Below are positions 47,727-55,254 of a stretch of DNA of 55,921 nt, piece by piece. Origin of the DNA: a virus (lineage: Duplodnaviria; Caudoviricetes). The stretch covers positions 1-55,921 of IMG/VR virus record IMGVR_UViG_3300034095_001732; one strand, written 5' to 3'. The stretch's first letter is position 1, and each line of letters begins with the position of its first letter. The notes below the pieces were generated by a model. That model ran no database searches and was not told the DNA's origin. It was given only the letters and a program-made list of their open reading frames with translations. The translations under genes were made by a program, and so were the position numbers.

Positions 47727-47986
47727 GGTGCCGATTGACCCGGAAAGACATCGAGGGATGGTTGGAGGAACGTGAGCTAACGCTCCTTTTGGCCGACGGT
47801 CTAGACGACGCATTCCTCGGCGTGGACGTGACGGGGGAAAAACCCCGTGCCGTCTACTCGATCGACGACTGCATCCGTGTCCTGTCCGAGGACATGGACG
47901 GCGACGACGCCGAGGAATACTTCTGGTTCAATGTCGCCGGCGCTCACGTGGGACCACAGACGCCGTTGTTTATCCAGACCATGTGA
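47720..47986 (+). CDS. Conserved hypothetical phage protein
   Basis: ADGLDDAFLG...VYS...AEEYF.FN..GA.VG..TP. Confidence 0.7.
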   Translation: MVRCRLTRKDIEGWLEERELTLLLADGLDDAFLGVDVTGEKPRAVYSIDDCIRVLSEDMDGDDAEEYFWFNVAGAHVGPQTPLFIQTM

Positions 47987-48534
47987 CCATGAACAGCGTC
48001 ATCGGCTCCCTACCCAAGCACCAGTACGTCCGGGTGGACACCGCCTTCACCCACCGGGAGCCGTGCGGGCACGCGCCCGCCGTCTGGTTCGGGTTGGTCT
48101 CGCTGCCCGGGCGGATGTGGGGCTGCAACGTGTTGCTCGAAAGCGGCGCCCTGTACCGCGGCCTGCCGCTGCACGCGCTGTCCCACGGCAACCGCGCCGA
48201 CGACTGGGGCGCGGGGCAGGCCCAGCGGTGGGACTGCTACGGCACCGACTGGAGCGGGCACGAGTACTCGTACCTGCGGGCGCTGCGGGTGAAGGCCCGC
48301 TGCGGCAAGGGGGAGTTCAACGGCGAGTACCTCTTTACCGTGGTGCCAGCCAACGACGCGTTCAGCGAGGTGCCGGAGCAGGCGAAGGAGTTTACCTTCG
48401 TGAAGCTGGAGAACGGCCGCTTCACCGTGCAACCCACCGACCATCTTCTGTTCGAGGAACGCTCTTTCACCGTCAACCAAGGTGAATGGCCGAAAGGCTA
48501 CAAACGACAAAACGAGGTGTACACATGCGAATGA
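47983..48534 (+). CDS. Conserved hypothetical phage protein
   Basis: LLESGALYRGLPLHAL...WDCYG...LENGRFTVQP. Confidence 0.75.
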   Translation: MTMNSVIGSLPKHQYVRVDTAFTHREPCGHAPAVWFGLVSLPGRMWGCNVLLESGALYRGLPLHALSHGNRADDWGAGQAQRWDCYGTDWSGHEYSYLRALRVKARCGKGEFNGEYLFTVVPANDAFSEVPEQAKEFTFVKLENGRFTVQPTDHLLFEERSFTVNQGEWPKGYKRQNEVYTCE

Positions 48535-48782
48535 TGATCAACCGACTGCTGCTGCGTTTCAACCTGCAGCTTGTGAACCCGACGGAGCAAATTGCTGTAT
48601 GCTCAGTCCCGAAACTGCAGGAGGAACTGGAGGAGGCCAACGTGAACCTCCGCAAGATGCGACGCGTAATCGCCCGTCTGCAGGCGTCGGCCTACTATTA
48701 CCGGAGCCGGTATCGCGAAGTGAAGGGGCTGCCCAAGACCCGCAAGACCCGAGAGTCCTACTCCGTCCCCCACGTGCCATGA
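48531..48782 (+). CDS. Hypothetical coiled-coil protein
   Basis: ATGA-type overlaps. Confidence 0.55.
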   Translation: MMINRLLLRFNLQLVNPTEQIAVCSVPKLQEELEEANVNLRKMRRVIARLQASAYYYRSRYREVKGLPKTRKTRESYSVPHVP

Positions 48783-49000
48783 GCGCCCTCCTCTGTTCCC
48801 ACGACCTGTACCGCAAGTACGCCGAGAAGTGGGAGACGATGTGCGCCCTGACCGATGACACCGAGTTCCTCCGCCAGTACGAGGCGCTGATCCGCGAGGA
48901 GCCCAATGTGCGTCATTGCAGCTGGTTCGACAACGACCACGAATTGGCCGTGCGGACCCTGCGCCAACTCAACCGCCTAAACCATGAACGGAAAACCTGA
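48779..49000 (+). CDS. Hypothetical protein
   Basis: ATGA overlap; codon usage. Confidence 0.55.
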   Translation: MSALLCSHDLYRKYAEKWETMCALTDDTEFLRQYEALIREEPNVRHCSWFDNDHELAVRTLRQLNRLNHERKT

Positions 49001-49541
49001 CATCAACCTGATCTCGTTCAACGGCCCCGGCCACAACGGGGGCGACGTGGACTGGAGCACCCGCACGCTGATCGGCGGTCCCGACATCGACGACACGCTC
49101 AAATGCTCGACCGGCCTGACGGACTTCAAGCTGCACGTCGGCGAGGTGGAGACCGGGCGCGAGGACGCGCTCGACATCAACAACCACTGCCGCGGGATCC
49201 AAGTCCACGCGGACCAGTGGGTGTTCCCCAAGGGCGTCGCCCGCACCGGCTTCACCATCAAGGGCAACTCGCACGGCGTCCGCGTCTCGGGCAACGTGCT
49301 GGGCGACCCGCTGGTGGATCTGGGCAACTGGTCCGACCAGAGCAACGAGCCGGTCACCAACGTGCGCCTCGCGCTGCGCCGGGCGGACGGCAAGGCGATC
49401 CGCGTGCGCGTGCTCAACGGCGACCTGCCGGTCTTCGAACCCGGCACCGGCCCGTACCGCTACGTCTTCCCGTGGAAGATGAAGTGGCTGCAGCGCCTGA
49501 CCTTCGGCGCCTACAGCCTCTGGAAGCGGGTCACTGGATGA
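48984..49541 (+). CDS. Hypothetical protein, possible short beta-helix
   Basis: DDTLK, EDALDIN and TIKGNS.GV.V rung-like motifs. Confidence 0.65.
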   Translation: MNGKPDINLISFNGPGHNGGDVDWSTRTLIGGPDIDDTLKCSTGLTDFKLHVGEVETGREDALDINNHCRGIQVHADQWVFPKGVARTGFTIKGNSHGVRVSGNVLGDPLVDLGNWSDQSNEPVTNVRLALRRADGKAIRVRVLNGDLPVFEPGTGPYRYVFPWKMKWLQRLTFGAYSLWKRVTG

Positions 49542-49998
49542 CCGGCTCGTAGTACGCGTCCGGCCCGACCTGATCGACTAGCTTGACCCGCACCATCGCG
49601 TGCACCGGGTGGGTGGTGCCGCGTTTCCACATCGAAGCCCGGCGCTGGTCCGGCAGACGCACGACCTGCATCCGCGGATTCGGCGGCTGGCCCAACACGA
49701 CCACGTCAGTCTCGGCCGGCCACTTGTGCTCGATCGGGGCGGGCGGCGTGGCGGGCGAGGTCGGGATCACCGGCGCGTGCGGCTTCGGCTCGATGATCTG
49801 CTTCATCACCTCATCCGGCTCGGCCACCACCTCGGGCGGCGCGTCGGCGTCAGCGGGCAGGCGGATGTCGAGAATGTCGATCCCCCATTCTGTCGCCTTG
49901 CGGCCAGCTTCCTCCACCTCACCGCGCACCAGTAGGGAGCGCAGGATGTTGCGGCGGTTGATGTTTATCTGATCAGTGGGTTTTCCCTTTCGGTTCAT
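49531..49998 (-). CDS. Hypothetical protein
   Basis: Coupled by ATGA to the TerS-like gene. Confidence 0.65.
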   Translation of the reverse strand: MNRKGKPTDQININRRNILRSLLVRGEVEEAGRKATEWGIDILDIRLPADADAPPEVVAEPDEVMKQIIEPKPHAPVIPTSPATPPAPIEHKWPAETDVVVLGQPPNPRMQVVRLPDQRRASMWKRGTTHPVHAMVRVKLVDQVGPDAYYEPVIQ

Positions 49999-50522
49999 AT
50001 CACGTCCTCTGGTTTCAAATTCTCCACGTCCAGCTCGGCCGGCTGGAACGCCGGAGCGGCGACGGGCGCCGGCATCAGCGCGGCGATGATCTCATCACGA
50101 CTCTTGTCGCCGTAGTGGTTCACCTGAATGTTCACCTGCGCCGCGCCGACCTGCGCCCGCGCGTCCAGCGCCCGGCGCTTGTCCTCGGTCACCGAGAAGA
50201 TGAACCCCAGTTCCCCCGGCTTAAACTCGTTGGCGTCCACCTTCTCCTCGATCCGCCCCGCGATCTTGTCCGAGATCAGCGCCAGCTTGTGGGCCAGCCG
50301 CTGATTGAACTCATCCAGCGGCATACCCAGCACCCGCTCGATCCGTTCGCAGTCCATCTTTGACGGGGGGTTCTTCTTAAACGTCTTCGGCAGGATAGGC
50401 TTCCCCGTCAGGGCCCGGTCCACCGCGGCCTCGATCGCCTGCTCGGTGTCCACGGGTTTGACGGGCATGATGTACCCCTTGGGCCGTCCACCTTTACGCG
50501 CATTACTTGTTCCGCCTCTCAC
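49995..50522 (-). CDS. Putative terminase small subunit (start may be 50468)
   Basis: KGGRPKG N-terminus, helical core, QVNIQVNH..KSRDEII C-terminus. Confidence 0.45.
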   Translation of the reverse strand: MRGGTSNARKGGRPKGYIMPVKPVDTEQAIEAAVDRALTGKPILPKTFKKNPPSKMDCERIERVLGMPLDEFNQRLAHKLALISDKIAGRIEEKVDANEFKPGELGFIFSVTEDKRRALDARAQVGAAQVNIQVNHYGDKSRDEIIAALMPAPVAAPAFQPAELDVENLKPEDVI

Positions 50523-50578
50523 GGCTGCAGTCCAAAAACCTGTTGAGCAGTTGTCAAGGTTGGGCTAAGGCCCGGGGC

Positions 50579-51229
50579 ATGAACTTCCTCCGCACCCAGA
50601 CCCTGACCCGTATTGCTGATGTTCTAAAGCTAAAGCTCAACGGCGTGTTGTGGAAGACCCAGTCCAACCTGAACATCATCCCGGGTCATGGCATCTCTTT
50701 CACCCAGACTGAAGTCAAAGACGTCTCCAACCTGACCATCTCAGTCGGCGACGCCGACGGGTCGATCGGGTACTGGGGTGCGTTCTACGACACGACGGAC
50801 CAGACCATCGCCAGTACGACCACCGCCTACGTGGTAGGGCTGAATAGTTCCGGCCCCAATAACGACGGGGTGTCGGTGGTGGACGGCAGCAAAGTCACCG
50901 TGGCTAACGCCGGGGTCTACAACATCGCTACTTCGGTGCAGTTAACCTCCACCAGTGTACAGATTCACGACGCGTGGTTCTGGTTCCGTAAGAACGGGGT
51001 CGATCTACCCGACAGTTGTTCGCAGGTTTCCATCCCCCAGAGCCATGGTGGCAACCCGGGAGCCCTGCTGTTCTACGTCAACATCATGGAAAAGCTCAAC
51101 GCTGGGGACTACATCCAGCTGGTTTGGAACGCCAACGACACCAATGTCTCGCTAGAGACCATCCCAGCGGCCGTCTCACCCGTCCGGCCGCGCAATCCTA
51201 GCGTAATCCTGACCGTTAATCAGGTCTAA
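50579..51229 (+). CDS. Fibre-like protein with C1q/BclA-C-like jelly-roll domain
   Basis: YWGAFYDTTDQT...AGVYNI..SVQ...WFRKNG...AGDYIQL...PSVILTV. Confidence 0.7.
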   Translation: MNFLRTQTLTRIADVLKLKLNGVLWKTQSNLNIIPGHGISFTQTEVKDVSNLTISVGDADGSIGYWGAFYDTTDQTIASTTTAYVVGLNSSGPNNDGVSVVDGSKVTVANAGVYNIATSVQLTSTSVQIHDAWFWFRKNGVDLPDSCSQVSIPQSHGGNPGALLFYVNIMEKLNAGDYIQLVWNANDTNVSLETIPAAVSPVRPRNPSVILTVNQV

Positions 51230-51432
51230 GGCGCTTTAGCGTAGGGGTTTGGGGGCGGTTTGGGGGTACTTTGCACTGCGGATTTTCACTTATGGGGGTG
51301 AAACGATAATACGCGCGCCCCCGCGCTAGCCCGAGACCCCCTCCCCCCCTCGCTTTACGGACGCCGGTTGGGCGTATCGGGGCAACAGGTTGTGCACACC
51401 AACCCGTTGAGCCTCAACGCTTTAGGAGGCGT

Positions 51433-51460
51433 GCCGTAAACAATCCCTATTATGTTAAGT
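51433..51460 (+). promoter_or_regulatory. dif/cer-like XerCD recombination site
   Basis: GCCGTAAACAA-TCCCTA-TTATGTTAAGT; the right arm is 10/11 identical to the E. coli dif XerD arm. Confidence 0.7.
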
Positions 51461-51540
51461 TGCTGCGGAAGCCCTTACGGATGAACAGGTTTTGTCAGTA
51501 TGACTGTCAGAAATCGGGCGAACGCGGATACCGATCTCCC

Positions 51541-52035
51541 TCAACCCACGCACTCCGCCAGCCGCGAAGCCTCGGTGCCCCGCAATAGCCTGCGCCGCAC
51601 CGACTTCTCCACCAGCGGTCCCCCAAAGAGGTCACGGCCGCACCGACCGCAGCGGGCGGCGACGCTCTCCACCGGAGCCACCCGACCGCAGCACCGGACG
51701 CCGAGGGGCTCCGCCGGAGGAAGGCGCCTGCGCCGTCGGGGCGTCGGCCCGATGACCAACCGGGCAACGTGTTCCTCCGGCGCGCCGTGGGACCAGAGGA
51801 CAAGCGCCCTCCGCAGGTGCCGGGCGAGGCTCCGCCGGCCAGAGCACCGGCCGCAGCGTGCCGCGCAGTTGCCCACGCCGACAGAGGCGCCGCAGTCGGT
51901 GCAGCGCCAGAGGTGACGGCACCGACGGCGCCAGCGGCTCGCCGGTGTGCCAGCGGTGTGGGCTGCGATGCTTTCCCCCTCGGTCTGCTCCGGCGTTTTC
52001 TCTTCTCTGTTTTTCCCCGTTAGAACAAAAACCAT
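51541..52035 (-). CDS. Possible double zinc-ribbon protein
   Basis: CTDC...CGRC and CCG...CGRC duplication; otherwise Arg-rich and could be spurious. Confidence 0.3.
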   Translation of the reverse strand: MVFVLTGKNREEKTPEQTEGESIAAHTAGTPASRWRRRCRHLWRCTDCGASVGVGNCAARCGRCSGRRSLARHLRRALVLWSHGAPEEHVARLVIGPTPRRRRRLPPAEPLGVRCCGRVAPVESVAARCGRCGRDLFGGPLVEKSVRRRLLRGTEASRLAECVG

Positions 52036-52126
52036 AGCAGCCCACACCGTTGGTCACGGGCCCCGACGGCGACAAGCGGCAACGGCGATTTCAGAGGAGA
52101 ACGTGACGTTTTCCGTAAATTGAGAC

Positions 52127-52157
52127 TTGACCGGCGAACGTGTTTCGCCGATAAGGG
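52127..52157 (+). promoter_or_regulatory. Putative early promoter with a palindromic operator in the spacer
   Basis: TTGACC followed by CGGCGAA-CGTGT-TTCGCCG. Confidence 0.5.
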
Positions 52158-52159
52158 CG

Positions 52160-52870
52160 GCTCAGTTCTTTTCCATTCAACCGCAGCGGGCCAACCGGGC
52201 CCCAAGGCGATGCCGGCGAAATGCCTGCCGCCCGACCCGGACCCAACCCGCCGCGACCCACCGACAGCCGGGGCCCCGAGAAGGCGCCCGGCACCGACCC
52301 GCGACCCCGAGGCTGAGCAGGCCCAGAGGGGGACACGGCGCTGGCGGACCACCGGGAGCACCCGGCGGAGGTGGGGGCCGAATCGATAAGGGGTTGCCGC
52401 CGCGAGAGCGACTGCACCCCGCCCGACTCACTCACCCGTTGCCGACGTAACGTCTGCCGGGGCCCGGGTGGAGACGCGATGCCGACGTAACGTCTGCCGC
52501 GTGATCCCGGGGAGTCCCTCCCGTTGCCGCCGTCGAACGCTGCCGGGAGGTTCCGCCCTCCGCGATGCCGACGAAACGTCTGCCGCAGGGGGAGCCGGAT
52601 GGGCGGGGCGCAGGGTAGCGGACGGCGCCCACGGTCCCCCTGAGAGGGGAGCGGATGGAAGCGGGGAGCGCCCCGCGAGGGTCTCACGCCGTTAGCTCGG
52701 CGGAGAGGCCCGCCGCCTTGACCGTTCCGCCCTCGGCACCGAGGGACGGAGAACGCGCGAATCTCACCCCGACCTGCCGCAATGCCACGGCGGGAAGGAG
52801 TCAATGCAGCCACCGCCGCCATCGCGGCCGGTGCCGGTCCCAAGCCCGGACGCCCACGGCGATGCAGAGG
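52160..52870 (+). ncRNA. Candidate structured non-coding RNA or ssDNA element with six repeated bulged hairpins
   Basis: Covarying stems around a conserved WTGCC/TGC core; further hairpins; no credible ORF. Confidence 0.55.
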
Positions 52871-52879
52871 GACTCCTCG

Positions 52880-53095
52880 ATGACCACGACCACCGCCTAC
52901 AAGTTTGCCGTCGCCTGCAACGCCGATCGCTGGGTGCCCGCCCACGGCGGCACCGAGACCGAGTTCACCGCCCGCACCGGCAAGCGCCTGCTCTACTGCT
53001 ACAACCCGCGCCTCGGCCGCCACGCCTTCCTCGACCTCGGCTCCGACATCATCCTCACCGACGACGAAGCCCTCGTTGCCCTCGGCTTCGTCTGA
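52880..53095 (+). CDS. Hypothetical early protein (71 aa)
   Basis: Strong C-ending codon bias; first early gene. Confidence 0.7.
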   Translation: MTTTTAYKFAVACNADRWVPAHGGTETEFTARTGKRLLYCYNPRLGRHAFLDLGSDIILTDDEALVALGFV

Positions 53096-53119
53096 CCCAA
53101 CCCACAACCCGTTCCCACG

Positions 53120-53251
53120 ATGTACCGCATCCCGCGCCGTCCCACCCTCGCGCAGCAGCTGCTGCGCCTCGCCCTCCTCACCGCCGGCGCCCTCGTGGGC
53201 GTCGGCCTGTTCTGGGGCTTCCTCGTCCTCTGGTTCTCGCTCCCGCTTTGA
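53120..53251 (+). CDS. Small single-TM membrane protein (43 aa)
   Basis: CCCACG-ATG leader; basic N-terminus plus a hydrophobic helix. Confidence 0.65.
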   Translation: MYRIPRRPTLAQQLLRLALLTAGALVGVGLFWGFLVLWFSLPL

Positions 53252-53305
53252 CCGTCCCTTTGTCCGTCAACCTCAACCCAACCGTCTGAAAAACCTGTTC
53301 GTCCT

Positions 53306-54355
53306 ATGACCTCCAACACGACCGAAACGTACCTCCGCTCACTCATCGACGCCCGCCAGCGCGTCCTGTTCGTCGGCCCGCCGGGCTGCGCGAAAACCTC
53401 CCGCGTCGCCGCCGCTGCGGCCGCCGCCGGTCACGACCTCATCGTGTTCCGCGCCTCGCTCGCCGAGCGCGTGGACCTCGGCGGGTGCCTCGTGCCCGAC
53501 GTCGCCGCCGGCGTGACCCGCGCCCTCCCGCTGGAACTGCTGCACCGGCTCCGCACAACGACCACGCCCACCGTGCTCCTGCTCGATGACCTCGGTCAGG
53601 CGCCCATCGACGTACAGAACGCCGCAATGAGCCTGTTCGACGCCGGCGCGCTGCCGCCGCACGTGCTGATCTGGGGCGCGACCAACCGCCCCGGCGACAA
53701 GGCCGGCGTGTCCGCGCTCTCGGAGCCGCTGCGCTCCCGGTTCAAACTCAAGTTCGCGATCCCGACCCCGGGCACCGAGGACAAAAGTGACGGCGCCGTC
53801 CTGCTCGGCACGTGGAAGGACGAGGTCGATGGCTGGTGCGACTGGGCGAGCGCGCAGGGCTTCGCCGCCGAAATCATCGCTTGGCACCGCTCCACGACCG
53901 GCCGCGACCTGTACGCTTGGAAGCCGGCCGCCGACCCGGGCGTCGCGCTGCCCGACTTCCGCGGCTGGCAGACGGTGGGCGAGCTGTGGAACGCCGGGCT
54001 CCGCGACTTCCGCACCATCGCCGCCGCGATTGGCAAGGCCGCCGCCGCCCCGTTCATCGCCTTTGCCCAGCTGGCCGACCAGCTGCCCACGCCGCAACAG
54101 GTGTGGCTCGACCCCGACGGCGCGCCGGTCCCGACCGACCCGGGTGCTCAGTACCTCATCGCCTCGATGCTCGGCCGCGCGGCGGAGCCCAAGTACGCCG
54201 ACGCCCTCGTGCGCTACTTCTCCCGGCTCGACCGGGTGCAAGGCGCCTATTGCGCCCGCGACTCTTACCGCCGGCTCGGGGCGAAGCTTGCCGGCTGCGC
54301 CGCTTGGCAGCGCTGGTGGCTCGACAACCGCCAGCTGTTTGAGGCCCACGGCTGA
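53306..54355 (+). CDS. MoxR-like AAA+ ATPase
   Basis: Walker A GPPGCAKT, Walker B LLLDD, ATN, LRSRF arginine finger. Confidence 0.85.
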   Translation: MTSNTTETYLRSLIDARQRVLFVGPPGCAKTSRVAAAAAAAGHDLIVFRASLAERVDLGGCLVPDVAAGVTRALPLELLHRLRTTTTPTVLLLDDLGQAPIDVQNAAMSLFDAGALPPHVLIWGATNRPGDKAGVSALSEPLRSRFKLKFAIPTPGTEDKSDGAVLLGTWKDEVDGWCDWASAQGFAAEIIAWHRSTTGRDLYAWKPAADPGVALPDFRGWQTVGELWNAGLRDFRTIAAAIGKAAAAPFIAFAQLADQLPTPQQVWLDPDGAPVPTDPGAQYLIASMLGRAAEPKYADALVRYFSRLDRVQGAYCARDSYRRLGAKLAGCAAWQRWWLDNRQLFEAHG

Positions 54356-54361
54356 TCTCGC

Positions 54362-54391
54362 GGGGCGCCCCTTCACCGGGGCGCCCCTTTC
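54362..54391 (+). terminator. Hairpin (possible terminator/attenuator)
   Basis: GGGGCGCCCC-TTCACC-GGGGCGCCCC followed by TTT. Confidence 0.4.
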
Positions 54392-54441
54392 CCTCTCCTC
54401 CCGTTAGCTCAACCCAACCGACTGAAAAACCTGTTCCCACA

Positions 54442-55230
54442 ATGTCCTCCATCATCGCCCGCAAAGCTGTCATTGCCTCGTTCGACTCCGGCCAGCCTCG
54501 CTTCCGCAAGGCGCACCGCGACGAGACCGCCGCCCTCAATGCCAAACACGGCACGAGCAATCTCGCGCTCGTCACCGTGACCATCTGCGATCACCCGGCG
54601 CTCGCCGAGGCCGGCCGCATCATCACCGCCGCCCGCGCGGACCACTACCGCCTGACCGTGCCGGCGGCGGATCGCGGGATGCGCCTGCTCCCCGGCGCCC
54701 GCCAGCTGGAGCACTCGTCCCTGCTGCAGGGGCACGCGGTCAAGTTCCAAAGCGCGGTCGCCGACTTCGTCCGCGAGTACGACACGATCCGCGCCGACGC
54801 ACCTGCCCGGCTCAATGGCCTGTACGTCCCCGAGCAATGGCCCGATGTGGACTTCGTCCGCAACGCGTTCCGGCTGCGCTGCCGCTACCTGCCGGTCCCC
54901 TCGCTCGGTCAGTGGGATGAGTGGCTCGCCGAGTCCGCCAGCACGGCGACCGACGAGCTGCGCGAGCGAATCGGCGAGGCGCTCCGCGCCTACGCCGCCA
55001 AGCTGGGCGACGGTGGCAAGATCTTCCGCGACTCGCTCGTGGAAAACCTCCGCGACATCGTCAACCTCGCCGAGGATTTGAACGTCGGCGGCGACAAAAC
55101 GGTGGCCGACCTCGTCGCCAAGGCGCGCGACCTCGCGCAGCCCGACCCCGACCAGCTGCGCGAAGACCCCGCGCTCCGCGCCGACACCGCCGCCCGCGCG
55201 GCTGACCTCTGCTCCCTGTTCTCCCTGTAA
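54442..55230 (+). CDS. Conserved phage protein between the AAA and vWA genes (DUF3150-like)
   Basis: HYRLTVP...GMRLLP...FVREY...KIFRDSLVENL...LNV. Confidence 0.75.
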   Translation: MSSIIARKAVIASFDSGQPRFRKAHRDETAALNAKHGTSNLALVTVTICDHPALAEAGRIITAARADHYRLTVPAADRGMRLLPGARQLEHSSLLQGHAVKFQSAVADFVREYDTIRADAPARLNGLYVPEQWPDVDFVRNAFRLRCRYLPVPSLGQWDEWLAESASTATDELRERIGEALRAYAAKLGDGGKIFRDSLVENLRDIVNLAEDLNVGGDKTVADLVAKARDLAQPDPDQLREDPALRADTAARAADLCSLFSL

Positions 55231-55254
55231 GCAACCCAACAACCTAGTCCCACG

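Noticed and set aside
52206-52586. Guide-RNA array (CRISPR or TIGR-like)
   Set aside because: Spacing is irregular, the variable parts are self-complementary stems rather than spacers, and no Cas or Nop-domain effector was recognised.
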